Notes: generated from the sequence alone by a model not told the origin. A DNA stretch of 64,000 nt from an uncultured Chlamydiae bacterium (GCA_963696295.1 CAVOJR010000001.1:1632001-1696000); one strand, 5' to 3'. Counted from the first letter of the stretch, positions 13,101 through 22,000 are shown. Numbers and translations are program-made.

Positions 13101-13553
13101 CCACAAGACCTTGATGGTAAAAACGAAGGCGCCGGCCCCGCCCAGAATTTGACCGACGTAGGGAGTGGCTAATAACAAATATCCATACTTTTCTAAAGAG
13201 GAGGAGCGCACGGGGGAGCCCTCGAAGATCTTGTGGATCGATCCATCCTTTATGCTAAACTTATGCTCTTTCAGGGGCGCGGCGCTGGTGGCCCACAGAG
13301 TCAACCCGCCGAAAACGGGCAGTGCCGCCCTGACCACACCGACCCCGATCCATTTCGAATGGTAGATAAAACGCTCTTTGGCCTCGATTTGCGCGATTTT
13401 CGGCTTTTTGGCTGCCCAGGCCAAGGTATAATCGACCGCAGCCGAGCCGCTTTTGAGGGTATTCAGGGCTACGGTATAGATGCCGATCACCTGACCGACG
13501 ACAGGAATCGCGGAGATGAGATTAACTTTTTGCGTGTTATTATCTATATTCAT
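4152..13553 (-). CDS. Giant 3133-aa protein with DUF3638-like/SF2-helicase-like C-terminal region
   Basis: Uninterrupted ORF; motifs EFQAGGGKT, LIDETH, FSATLG, TGTDL, QAVMRMR in SF2 order; N-terminal hydrophobic repeats. Confidence 0.8.
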   Translation of the reverse strand: MNIDNNTQKVNLISAIPVVGQVIGIYTVALNTLKSGSAAVDYTLAWAAKKPKIAQIEAKERFIYHSKWIGVGVVRAALPVFGGLTLWATSAAPLKEHKFSIKDGSIHKIFEGSPVRSSSLEKYGYLLLATPYVGQILGGAGAFVFTIKVLWELEMLLIFKIVEFGNFVFRNDNSFAHRQINTLWESVTDDLVHAGQCLVGGALPVVGGLTLYGANAHAPNRPEMKYDGQIKKDAPQLNAEERAAQCAYPAKRANLEIIAENNSQEPVGAVSHEPQRERAVMLQGDAALKRACLVLGDTQILDSEYEGGTAEDAVDYWRKVIDEEDKNLDTFIEAKEKEAIFADFADMSQSAIYLQDGQSKGLVKYIYQRLEKRGRVVLTLRTRSSEGPGHVFGVVLEKKGDGSVSYYFLNKGEGSEIFPTAAIEEKPGACCRSPRYILDRRLFSHEDEKFDERFVKKLSGFTRVKPLKGEWNSTSLEKLFFAVSRPDPTDKIHASDQATPQRSGTCSDQLARMIIRDQLLQKNPNGKQFLKYKRVIASGKMEAVKLLASAKGPYKLISRLLEAAAHSFTKAFSKQRITLKELQFAKELISDVPLTKPQLGSKLPEMTDKGDSQTIKIDKVNLAGGKGGGNKVQNNEKYFNFHTPATLREKIRSFSTITGSAQENRFCLMRTLPIPVPNQANPEWDGLTEQEKEAFISQLKEMNKTMDWQQKEAYLFNLQSLVICDYLTRSMPSVKREGFSINPIIEGMQHKLDLQYGDTALRFEKLTRYFREVNAKKGQSDLFAFTNLSQEKFISHFENCIYGKWGGADPSVRALYNYLLQFKDKITLFNTETKQTEKERFFRLLANGYVFNGTNKDASDGEDHLPKPFRDMATLMTLHYSHMQIDGYRMSKIKFSHKCEQVRSYFGGYIKEYFILSGLRYMKLEKPKIAPAGKYFRHDLIQEKSENQIYKESESSVDRAFKQFDAYPELRIPYLIQWINQHPQEANSPESHEEIFRGFFRDNALLNCLRKEPAVRQNIEEMVLQQLNNLNPRSYMEALKWVQLGFFCETQADQAGLGIHAPFMKKLKDFVDQKIDRLSNGKDKLSLSPPGDKEGVHFGLFSPSPKRDRVLGVYFLCRANLDSYPAPWSEEQCVQYLINNCCAKFYDGINPHPECLLRAHENKALFNQYLSKNKAFIGESILKHLGIPCQNGTWISPYFSVLTFTGSGTEVQIDLAKGLVIKDGVPLNKPTWPDWAKEEKLTRAGISLDSKILVSDTEVTAVDGSFKIVKNYQDFDVYKKHPFSCGESLLLADERKETLFEKRLLWLGEKKSFVVEPDGTVAATIEGEVKNQKGEYLLKGLENSNLSRFLSASTSKVLFWGTVPSGFSAYMQNKKVVTIECRDLGLTFIRNGTRWESDQHKGYVLSETQGYLDGVNFPGALQLEKIDDPRQKKMILPAKEIAVQHPLDRDKYLTNDAIDKKRGYFEYDLVEKTGHFYTNDPAALLYLAYVYQSLGEYSLSMHYLDYLPPNAFDETALKILGMMMKHKDSSPEACAFLCKVMLKGLEGDKLTFTDHFQKGVSEEINKQLAKFFEKLTEYSHLNNNALPEALCLTPEEQKQLLLHLQSVNLGTTRGLGAKAYALSHTPTGPFLQILPTDNPILSAIINSKEEFKSDVSMTASYTGRDLENGIEMGDNIGLKGEFFNLFSKALKCQTEISYRPDEWEALRRKEPIGAHPFDLDLQTLWHCHNLDKTEAQLVKLLYLARHYPECFRQSTKTQDICDIATKLRAALQNSALQNLSRVQSKPFQETKKVEKKAEKVTFPPPGKEHQPVKPCEGLVKEFFSSKSTPVFQDPFALESLKGKSSLSARIFAKMKQAYAKLKGGLKVDLFKLEKEGLAEAIIAEQQKQTEKLQSLKEQIEKLANPKGDQKAFEQLDLLQKGKREISVPEVMLAVGTKNPSLLTKNNPLLDQSALNKLHLLAIKFMRETSRLDQLTEALDKIKANGSEQDVAVILNKTRTYDPFRWPELLFYEYSTGFLLRSDPDQANLLIDMFTHLFDKDNAALLKRIAFEFQAGGGKTKVISAILAAKAMGEGKMPVFFSLPSLFDVVRQDLNEVLSQVFHKNVIHLDIDLQHNFDAEKLHALNQTLRDRKDQGVCMVFTPETYHAMHLSWQRAERDNNHGLIKELSELLQLLKEEGLFLIDETHRNIDSLLQSNKAEGTPESINEGQRDIMIRAYQLMTDTAEKTLKLPNGRTVGQTLRIRENKQAQVPEREKKECLNLVCGQLIDDLGIPENLRDEAKRFVKFNNVTCPKELPEAYQQDAALIRGLYQKLLPSNLSKVGEMDYGPSIQKMDPVEAPRDQKIPTSAKFESADIAATLTCQGAFQRGVENPETMKKLLLQMQNEAKERRAFDPQEPALCKKFRSWQKSDPVELEQISETDLNSSAFLQEMIRQIGKEPEVIALYLRYLALPHVLHFPEKMTSTGADLVDGARSVVQFSATLGEKELYPFGLKDDYYWLDPEFVANVANRCCMPHNQNHHYFEPTTPKKLFEDLHKENPGYFDTVEGIIDVGYWSKGYSSKKSAEEFCTFAREKKLDYAGAIYFDYDEAKEKRLYFLPKDKKEPVLLLSTNLKREMARLGLSGKRLFKIYGADETTGTDLTLSDRAKMIVSIGENTTLSAAVQAVMRMRSFLKNPIEPENAQSTLWVLPDKIRTLIEESEKRSDVIGLFGWLTENEAKKLKSTILSNAVQDIQFLARHLVREIIRQAPLEKQHALYKKYRRCFEFAVPRDLMKEYGVPITEIPTQDFLKPFAKNFFLNGGLDDKQQDLLNKEAAQIIGRASALVEKMENQQNSLSSTARQVGYQTTVEEVKQLALQNQRVQGNVKDIYDYAETSDRLTHLNMSTSKNYSKLSDLCHASEFFPPNLFVSKNAAFAFSDKGTRKPFYSILIVEKQGIRQAAVVSNDDASHYLNQIREKKEIHAALFTPDGKVYQNGSLKIQNDPWFKEVMAAVNLTNGVLEDQAMIEKWVKEKPEAFRALWNSLKATSILKDAFSTRSLDIIYARVHPQPLKKVARTKVTIQHIEQNGSRSPIPVDKPLALPESIGGLLKDIPIYVLAGRGLKQAYTEISAMESVKIAISRVESVKKQYLSLLGF

Positions 13554-13678
13554 GAAGAAACTATTAATTGTATATTAAATTTTAGCAAAGAATTGTTAAT
13601 ATTGCATTAATTTTTTGTTAAAAATAGATAAAGAACATCATGTTAGATACTTCCAAAAACAAGCCGCAAGATCTTTGT

Positions 13679-13736
13679 TTACAGGGGGGCGTATGATTAC
13701 CGCGTTTCGTTTGTTGGAGTCATGACTTACCGGAGT
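13679..13736 (+). repeat. Degenerate copy of the RBS and 5' end of gene 14600..16309
   Basis: TTACAGGGGGGCGTATGATTACCGCGTTTCGTTTGTTGGAGTCATGACTTACCGGAGT aligns to 14586-14668 with 4-nt and 21-nt deletions. Confidence 0.85.
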
Positions 13737-13762
13737 CTCACAATTGCGATGTTCAAGTGGTT

Positions 13763-14535
13763 TTATGGAACAAAATTGCAGGTGTTGCCGAAGTCGCAGC
13801 CGGCATAAATATTTTCCAGATTGTCCGAAACGGCGTGGGCGAGATAACCTTCATTGGCTGGAGGAATCAGGGTCAAATCCTTCTCCAAGGTCTTCACCTC
13901 GAACTTCCAGCCGGGGGGCAAATCGGGGTGCAAAGCGGCGAGGTTGGCCAAAGACAGCTTTTTGTCGACAAGATTTGTAAAGGCCTGCATGATCCAGGTG
14001 TGTCCGTCCGGTGAGCGGAGCAAATAGATTTCTGTGCCTTTCAACCACTCGTATTTGGAATGGCGCGTAGTGACGCTCGGCTGATAGGGGGGAAGGGCTT
14101 GACGTTTTCTTTCAGGGCTCCGCTCTTAAAATCGAGCTTGGCCATCCAGGTGGCCTTGATCCCCTCAAAATCGTACGTCTCGCCGGCATCGTAGGACCAG
14201 AGGCGGTCCATCACCCAGTAGCGGGTAGGATTTTTCACGACGGCATAGACGCCCAATTTTTTGGCCAGGGCCTTGGCGTCGATCGCATCAAATTTGCCGG
14301 GAGTGCATTTTTCCTGTCCGGTTGTGTTGTAGATCTGCACGGTCAGGTTGGGCGGCGCGCCCATGACCACTTCGAATTCGCAAAAAGGGTAGCCGCGGAC
14401 ATTGTCGAGGTACACGGTTTTGCCTTTCACCGGCCCGGGAGAGAGCGCCGCTTCCAAAATTCCGGCCAAAAAAAGGAGACAGATCATCGTTAGTTTCAAG
14501 CTTCCACTGTATCCTCTCAATCCAATTTTCGTCAC
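13763..14535 (-). pseudogene. Frameshifted secreted hypothetical protein (ORFs 14041..14535 and 13763..14044 are one gene)
   Basis: Adding one base to the G6 run at 14087-14092 gives a continuous KPFPPYQPSVTTRHSKYEWLKGTEIYLL; signal-like MICLLFLAGILEAA. Confidence 0.72.
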
Positions 14536-14599
14536 TTAAAATGACTTGACCGTTTTTTTCCTTTTCTGACACTATGCTCCGAGAATTACAGGAGGGCGT

Positions 14600-16309
14600 A
14601 TGATTACCGCGTTTCGTTTGTTAGGGGGAGTCATGTCGGGTGGGGGCCTCCTCATGACTTACCGGAGTTTGCGCAGCGTTCAACAGGGGCAGACCGTTTT
14701 TATCGCCTATAAACAATCGACCATCCTCTATGACTTATCCCAATCCACCTTTTCTTTGCTCAAAGATATGGAGCTTGCCAGCCCCTCTAAAGGGCGGAAA
14801 AACTGGTATGCGCGAGTGATCGCCTATCCGCTCCCTTTTGCCCTTCAAATCCTTCACTATAACCTGGATGAAAAAAAGTATCCGGCCCTGAAAAGCGCCG
14901 TCACTACAGCCAGAAACCATATAGAGCATGTGGCCTTCGCGGTCGACGTTACTGTTTCCGTGCTCTTCACTTATTATGTCGCCCCCTATTACGGCGTTGG
15001 GATTTTGATCGGGATCTCCATTGAGATCCTGAATGAGGAGAAGGTTTTGCAGGGGCGAGTGAAAGATGTGTGGGAAAAAGCCTGGCTTGGCATCGCCTTC
15101 TCGCGGCTTTTGAAGCTGGCCATCTTTGATGAAAACGATCTGTGGGATATCGGCCTTTTTGCCTGCGAGCTCTCCGTATTCACCTGGGAGCACTATTTAG
15201 CCGATAAATTCCATAAAGAAGCGCCCTCAAATAACCTGAAGCCAGGTCAGGCGGAAACAATCAATCGCACGGAGGTCAACTGGCTCCATCTGGAGGAAAA
15301 TCCCAGCCTCGCCATTCGAGGCTCGAGCCACTTGAATATCGTCGAAACGATGGATGCCCTGATTAAGCGGGTGGAATGGAATGAAGCCCATTTGGCGGCC
15401 TTCAAATCGCGCCTCTTGGCAGACCCGATATTCCTCTCAAAAGGGAATACGGATGAGATTTCCGATGAAACAGCCAAACGGGAATTCAGCGGGGGCGCTA
15501 AACTCCTGGCCAATCAAATAGCGAACATGGCCATTGAAAAAGGAGATTCCTACATCCGGTACGAAGTGCTGCAGGCGATGCTCCGCTCCATTTTGAAAAG
15601 CATGCAGGAGAATTTTAACCTCGATGCCGTGGACGACCTCTTTCAGCTCTCTTTGTCGGGAGGGGATTATTGCGGAGGGGGGAAAGCGGAGACCATTGAA
15701 AACGTCTATAAGCGGAGAATTTTGCACGGAATGGATATTCCCTTAAGGGTCAAGTTTTTGCACCTGCTCGGGGCCATGCGCAAAAGCTGGTTCGATCACC
15801 TTTACGGGAAAGTGACCCAAATCGCCTATCGCCTGCCGAAAGGGATTTTCGACCCTTCCGATATCCATTTTTATAACATCTCCCTCTTCTATTTTGATAA
15901 GTCTTTGAAGCTGCATTCGGAAGCGATTAGGAACGATATGAATATCACCGAAACCTCCTTTTGCAGCCGTTTTTACCGGCTGCTCCTGTCAACGGCTCTC
16001 GATTACTCCTTTTGGATTTTCGCCCTGCGCTCGCCAAACTGGTACTCTCCAAAAGCGCTGATCGAGGAGATATCCACTTCCATCGGCGTCAATGGCCTCA
16101 GTATGACCGAGTTAACTAAGGAGTGGCAAAAATGGGTCGAAAGGCAAACCCTTTCAGAGGAGCAGAAAGAGAAGCTGAACGAGATGATTTTGAATGAGGG
16201 CTCTATTTTTGGTGAGAAGATTGCCCTGGAGGAGGAAGGCAAATGGAAGGCGAACCCCAGGTTATTGAAGCTGATGTTCTGCGACATGGGGATCTTAAAT
16301 TTTGCATGA
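14600..16309 (+). CDS. Hypothetical membrane-anchored protein
   Basis: 569-aa ORF with GGAGG RBS; several hydrophobic segments in the N-terminal third. Confidence 0.75.
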   Translation: MITAFRLLGGVMSGGGLLMTYRSLRSVQQGQTVFIAYKQSTILYDLSQSTFSLLKDMELASPSKGRKNWYARVIAYPLPFALQILHYNLDEKKYPALKSAVTTARNHIEHVAFAVDVTVSVLFTYYVAPYYGVGILIGISIEILNEEKVLQGRVKDVWEKAWLGIAFSRLLKLAIFDENDLWDIGLFACELSVFTWEHYLADKFHKEAPSNNLKPGQAETINRTEVNWLHLEENPSLAIRGSSHLNIVETMDALIKRVEWNEAHLAAFKSRLLADPIFLSKGNTDEISDETAKREFSGGAKLLANQIANMAIEKGDSYIRYEVLQAMLRSILKSMQENFNLDAVDDLFQLSLSGGDYCGGGKAETIENVYKRRILHGMDIPLRVKFLHLLGAMRKSWFDHLYGKVTQIAYRLPKGIFDPSDIHFYNISLFYFDKSLKLHSEAIRNDMNITETSFCSRFYRLLLSTALDYSFWIFALRSPNWYSPKALIEEISTSIGVNGLSMTELTKEWQKWVERQTLSEEQKEKLNEMILNEGSIFGEKIALEEEGKWKANPRLLKLMFCDMGILNFA

Positions 16310-16332
16310 AAAATTCTATCATGGAATTGCTG

Positions 16333-16668
16333 TTATTCAGTCAAAATTGATATTAACTGTTTTTTGATAGCAGGTATTTCTTGCTTAACAACTTTCCATG
16401 TTAGAACTAGATCAACAGAGAAATATTTGTGTATTAAAATATCTCTCATTCCGGCGATTTGTTTCCAAGGAATTTCAGGATGTTTGGAGCAAAATGAGGG
16501 TGGCAAATTTTTGACTGCCTCCCCAATAATTTCAAGACGACGGACAATAGCATCCTGTAAGGGTAAATTTTTGACAAATTCGTTTTGCTTAACATCCCTT
16601 GTGTAATCTTCCAAAAGAAGAATAGAATCCATGATATGTTGCAGAAAAACTTTTGGATCCTTTTTCAC
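16333..16668 (-). CDS. hepT: HepT-like HEPN (DUF86) ribonuclease toxin
   Basis: RRLEIIGEA and WKQIAGMRDILIHKYF (RX4HXY); GTG start overlaps the antitoxin stop (GTGA). Confidence 0.88.
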   Translation of the reverse strand: MKKDPKVFLQHIMDSILLLEDYTRDVKQNEFVKNLPLQDAIVRRLEIIGEAVKNLPPSFCSKHPEIPWKQIAGMRDILIHKYFSVDLVLTWKVVKQEIPAIKKQLISILTE

Positions 16669-16967
16669 AGAATCACCACTTGCTCTGCAAGGATTTGCTC
16701 TCGAATTCTCCAATAAATGGAATTGTATGTGACCAAATCAACCTTACAGTTTAAGGTTTCCTCTAAATCAAATTTTAAATCCACTAAATCGAAAAGAGAC
16801 TTGTTTTTTGTTTTATATTCGATAAGAAAATCGACATCGCTTTTTGCTTTAGCTTCACCACGTGCATAGGAACCAAATATCGCAGCCCTTTTGACAGCGT
16901 GTTTTTTTAATACAGGCAATACCTTTTTTTTGATCCCCTCAAGGGTGTGATTTCTATTTTTTATCAT
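16665..16967 (-). CDS. mntA: MntA-like minimal nucleotidyltransferase antitoxin
   Basis: GSYARGEAKAKSDVD = GSX10DXD; KVDLVT; directly upstream of the HEPN gene. Confidence 0.88.
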   Translation of the reverse strand: MIKNRNHTLEGIKKKVLPVLKKHAVKRAAIFGSYARGEAKAKSDVDFLIEYKTKNKSLFDLVDLKFDLEETLNCKVDLVTYNSIYWRIREQILAEQVVIL

Positions 16968-17143
16968 AGGCTAAGGAAACGTCAAAATAATTCATTAATA
17001 CTTTACTTTAACCCTTTTTCCCTTTTTTTGAAATAGATGTTTAATTAAGTATTTATTTCTCAACAGTGGTTCGACAGGCTCTTCAGATTCAGATCTTCTA
17101 TAGGCATCACAAGGCGGGTCGCGCTTGGCAGCGTCTTCAAAGT

Positions 17144-17218
17144 CTGGAGGAGGAGGGCAAATGGAAGGCGAACCCCAGATTGTTGAAGCTGATGTTTTGT
17201 GACATGGCGATCTTCAAT
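17144..17218 (+). repeat. Diverged copy of the 3' end of gene 14600..16309
   Basis: 75 bp matching 16226-16300 with 7 mismatches (5 synonymous, 2 non-synonymous). Confidence 0.88.
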
Positions 17219-17338
17219 GTAAAATGTTCAAAAAATGCGAAATTCCACAAAGTAAGGCTTTGCAATTCTCGCGGCTTGAGAAAAATTTCTCCGTTTTCAG
17301 GGATCTCAATGGCTTGGGGTTTGTCGGACAGAACGATT

Positions 17339-18931
17339 TTATGATTTGCTGCTTGCGCGCATTTTTTCGGTGACTTCGAAGCTGTGCTTGAGATCCTGGA
17401 GGTTTGCCACGAGCGCGCCAAAATCCTTTTTTGATAAGGCGAGGAGATCAACGGGCTTTGTGCATTTGACTGTGGCGTTGCGCTTGGCTTCGCGCAAAAG
17501 GGCCATTTCTCCAAAGTATTGCCCGGGGCCTAGCAAGGCAATATGCTTCTCTTTACTGAACACCTCCACCTCGCCTTGCGCAATGATATAGAGGAAATCT
17601 CCAAAATCTCCTTCATTAAAAATGATTTCGCCCGGCTCAAAGTGCAGCTGAGCAATTCCTTGCGAAGGAGCTAATTTAAGCTGAACCGTCTCGGCAGGGA
17701 CGAACAAATCCAAGAACCAGAAAGCGGCGACTTTAATTTTTCGGTCAAAACCGGGCAGCTTGAGCCAATAAATAAAGCGCCACAGCAGCCAGGCAAAAAA
17801 ACCGGAAAAATGAAAACGTCCGAAGAGCTGAGCGACAGCGGAATGATGGCCAAGGGAGCCTAGCATGCCAAGAGCGCTGAAATGGAAGGGTTTTTTTTCT
17901 TCCCCTTTCAGTTGGGCTGTGAGATTTTTGGCCAGTTGTTTGGCTTGCCGGATGGCAAATTGAGCAGTCGGTGGAGAAAACGTATCTTCCTCCAGTGGAA
18001 TCAAGGCGCAATCGCCAAGCGCCCAGATATTCTCATAGCCTTTGACTTGCATGAAGGGATTTGTGACGACGCGCCCTTTGCTTAGGGGAAGATCGCTTTC
18101 TTGAATAAGGGGGTTTGCCATGGAAGGCACAGTGGATATAATGGTCTTACACGCAATGCGCGTGTTATCATTTAAAATGGCCCCCTCAGGGGTGGCAATG
18201 GAGAGCCTTTTTCCAAAGAGGATATCCACTCCCCTTTTCTCAAGCAGTTTTCCCGCATAGCTGCCGAGGTTTTCCGGCATCTCTTTGTCAAGCAAACGAT
18301 TTCTGCTGTGAATCAGTATGACATTAATATCATCCTCTGAAATTGCGGAATATTCTTTAGCGAGCTTTTTCGCAAAATCAAGCACCTCGGCGCACACTTC
18401 GGTTCCTGAAAATCCCCCTCCGGCTATCACAAAAGTGAGGAGCTGTTTTTTCACATCGGGGTCTTTTTCAGTGGCCGCTGCCGCGACCACGTCGATAATC
18501 CTGTTGCGGATATTGATCGCGTCGGCCAGGTTTTTAAAGGGCAGCGCGTGTTCATGAAGACCGGCGTTGTTTTTAAAGTCTGTGATATTGCCGAGCGCCA
18601 AAATCAAATGATCAAATTTTATCGACGTTGGGGAGTGGGAAAACTGCGGAGCCAGAATGACTTGTTTGTTTGGAATATCGATTTGTTGGATTTCTCTGAC
18701 ATAAAGATGGGTTTTAGGGGTCAGCCTGCGAATCGGGCTGATGGTATCGAAAATGCCCATCGAGCCGCTGACGATTTCAGCGAGCATTGGCTGATAAACA
18801 AAGTAGTTCTCATGATTTACCAGGCTGATTTCGACTTCATTTTTTTTGAGGGCGGCTTTCAAATACTTTTCCAGATAGATCGCAGTGTAAACACCGCCAA
18901 AGCCTCCGCCCAAAATCAAAATTTTTTGCAT
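17339..18931 (-). CDS. Type II NADH dehydrogenase-family flavoprotein fused to a C-terminal cyclic-nucleotide-binding domain
   Basis: ILILGGGFGG, IAGGGFSGTE, WALGDCA, PPTAQFAIRQ; C-terminal IFNEGDFGD...YFGEMALLREAKRNATV. Confidence 0.88.
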   Translation of the reverse strand: MQKILILGGGFGGVYTAIYLEKYLKAALKKNEVEISLVNHENYFVYQPMLAEIVSGSMGIFDTISPIRRLTPKTHLYVREIQQIDIPNKQVILAPQFSHSPTSIKFDHLILALGNITDFKNNAGLHEHALPFKNLADAINIRNRIIDVVAAAATEKDPDVKKQLLTFVIAGGGFSGTEVCAEVLDFAKKLAKEYSAISEDDINVILIHSRNRLLDKEMPENLGSYAGKLLEKRGVDILFGKRLSIATPEGAILNDNTRIACKTIISTVPSMANPLIQESDLPLSKGRVVTNPFMQVKGYENIWALGDCALIPLEEDTFSPPTAQFAIRQAKQLAKNLTAQLKGEEKKPFHFSALGMLGSLGHHSAVAQLFGRFHFSGFFAWLLWRFIYWLKLPGFDRKIKVAAFWFLDLFVPAETVQLKLAPSQGIAQLHFEPGEIIFNEGDFGDFLYIIAQGEVEVFSKEKHIALLGPGQYFGEMALLREAKRNATVKCTKPVDLLALSKKDFGALVANLQDLKHSFEVTEKMRASSKS

Positions 18932-19020
18932 AGTAGCTACTGGAATATTGTTTTTTCATCAAAATAGTTTAAAGGTAATATAAGATCAAATCTTTCTTTG
19001 CACTTCCGGCCAAGAAGAGA

Positions 19021-22000
19021 TCAAATAGCCTCCATTTCCATGTTCTTATCCTTCTTTCTGTTCAAGCATTTGGTTCTTAAGCTTAACGCCTTTTCCCAAT
19101 AGCTCTTTTCAGGCTCGGGATCGGGCTGGCCGTCTTCTTTAATGATTAACGGAAACTCCTCAATGATATACCCGTCATGATTGATGGCGCGCACGATAAA
19201 ACGGCCCCTATCTTCGCCCGTTGGGGTTCCCTTTAATTTATTTCCACTATACGACAAACCATCGGGAAAGGGCTTTTGCAGAGTCAGCGGGTTCCCGTTG
19301 AGAAGAACCTTCACCTCTTTCATGTCTTTGCGATCGATCTTAAAGGTGTGTTCGTAGTAATTATTTACAAGCACTGTCTGAGCCTCTTTTTGATACCTCT
19401 TCTTGAAGAAGTGGTTCCAAATCAGGGCCCGGCTTTCCCAGGCGGCCGGTACGGAGCCCAAGGCAAATACCACTTTCAGGAAATCGGACCAGAAGGAGGT
19501 TCCGTCCACTGTCAGCCTAAAGGTCGTTTTGACACTGCCGACCTTATTTTTCGCGAGCACGTCTATTGTCGTTACGCTAGGGGAGAAGGCGCCGGTGTCG
19601 AAGGGGCCGGGCTTCCCGGATAAGGTTTGCTTGACCGGATCCCATTTGAGCCAGTGGGGGGCCGAACTTACGGAAATATTAAAAGGAAAGCCGTTCGGAT
19701 CGACAAAGGTGTTTGAGGGCACTACCATGGAGAATTCCTGGTCCACCGTTGCCGTCTGATCGGGCAATGTATTCAGGACCGTGGGAGGGAGCTCCTGGAC
19801 CACTGTCAAAGCGAATGTGTCTAAGGTATATGCGCCAAATTGATTCGTGGCGCGCACGGTGACGCGCAGCGATTGGGGCTGAGCGAAAGTTGCGGAAAAA
19901 GTCAGAGAATTAAAGCTCAGGTAGGCCGGCAAGGGTCCTCCGCCTTCCAGAGAGGCCGTATAGGTCATGGTGGCGTTTTGAGGGTCTTTAAAAGTCTGAG
20001 GATCGATAATGTAGGCAAAGGGGACGCCGACATAGGCCGTTGTGTCGGGGATTTGAAGGTTCACCACCGGCGGCAGATAATTGTTGGAGGAGTTTAACAC
20101 CGTCAATGTAAAGGTGTTGACAGCAGCGGCATTCGTGGGGATTTTCGCAGTCAGGACAATGGTATGAGTGCCGGCGTCTTCAATCATCGGCATGCCGCTG
20201 AATGTCCTGGTGGCCGGATCAAATGAGAGAAATGAGGGCCCGCTTGCTGTATAATTAAACGGATAATTATCGACGCTGAAGAAAGTGTCGGGAGGGAAAG
20301 TGTAGCTGTATTCGACTCCCACGGTGGCGAGCTGCGAGGGGATCCCTGTCAGCAGGACGGGAGGGCTGCTCGGCACGGTAATGGTAAAGTTTCCGGCGGC
20401 AAATCCGCCATGCTGGTCATTGGCGGTTATTTGGATGGCATACACAGCCTGTCCAAAAGGGGTCCCGTAGAGCTTTCTTTCAGCGGAGTCGAGCGTGAGC
20501 CACCCCGGCAAGGCGCCGGTGCCCTCTTCCACGGCGGTATAAATCAGGACATCGTTATCTTTGTCGGTAAAGGGGTCGAAGATATATTCAAAATACTGTC
20601 CCGTCAGGGCGGTTTGATCGGAAAGGGGGGTGGATAAAACGGGGGGGCGGTCAGGGATGGTTAACTGGAAGGAAGTTGAGGGTGTTCCGCCATTGCCGTC
20701 ATCGGCGGTGACGGTGATGGTGTAGGTGCCCTGGTCTCCCGAAACCGGCGCGAAGAGGAATGTGCGGCTTGGCGGATCAAAGGAGATGAAAGGGGGAAGA
20801 GGATTGGTGGAATAGGTAAAATTCGCATTGGGGTATTCAAACGCATCAAAAGTAAACAGCGTAGAATTGCCCACATAGACTTGCTGATCCGGAACGGAAG
20901 GGACGGTGATATCGCCGACGTGGATGGCGAACGAGTCAACGGCCGTGTCCCCTTCCATGTCGCTGGCTGTCACATCCAGGAGGAGCAAGCCGCGGTCGGA
21001 GGGGCCGGGGGTTCCTGACAAGACGAGGTTAGCCAGATTTAAAATCGAGAGTCCTCCATTGTCATTCGCTACATAACCTAAGTTATTTCTTAAAAGGGTC
21101 TGCCACGCATCCGGTCCGATCGTCTGGTAGGTAGCGACCACAGCGGGGTTTGAGATATCTTCGATATCGATAACAACCACCGCGCCCCCATAGCAGGAGG
21201 CTACGAGGAAATTGCCGTTAATGAAGAGATTATAGGCCGGATCGCTTCCGATATAGATCGATCCTATAGAAGCCGGATTGGTTTCCTGGGTGATATCAAG
21301 AATATAAATGGCAGGCTCTCCCGCCGCGAACAAAATATTGTCTTTAAGGGCAAAGGCCGCAATTTCTTTTATAGGTATACTGCCGGCCAGCACCGGATTC
21401 GCGGGATTAGTGACATTAATAATATAAGTCGGATAGCCAATGAATTGACCGATAAAGACATAATTATTGACTAACTGAAAACCCTCGATAGGGGAAATAT
21501 TAAAAGTGGTTGAACCTAATGGGACGGGGGCGGTTGGATTAGTGATATCGACGATGGTGAAATTAGCCGTATTACCCACCCAGCGGCCAAAGAGAAGGTT
21601 GCCAGAAGCTGCGGTAAAGGCGTTATTGGTTACGTAATTTCCAACAATAACAGGCGTTGTAGCGTTGCTCATATCCAGTAAAGTATATCCCGAAGAATCA
21701 AAGACAAATCCATAATTTCCCTTCATATAGCGCAGATATCCGGAAATGGGGAGGGTATTTATAAGCAGAGGGTTATCCGGATTGGTGATATCTATAGTAT
21801 TTAGAGCCGTGCCGCTTGAAGAATATAAATAATTGCCGTTGATATAGACATTCCTGGCAGTACCTGCTGCCGCGAATGATTTCACTAATGAAATCTCCCC
21901 CATACTCAGCGAAAGCCAGCCGGGGAGGGGGCCTCCCTCTGAAGTTTGGATCGTTAAAGCGGCGTTGTCGGCCGGATTCGACATCTGGCAGTAATTGTTC

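Noticed and set aside
14600..16309. YCGGG and DIHFYN as a catalytic Cys/His pair of a ligase or protease
   Set aside because: Motifs too short to assign without a homolog alignment.
17066..17514. ORFs 17066..17344 and 17137..17514
   Set aside because: Only the duplicated 25-codon fragment is gene-like; the rest is chance open frame or overlaps the NDH-2 gene.
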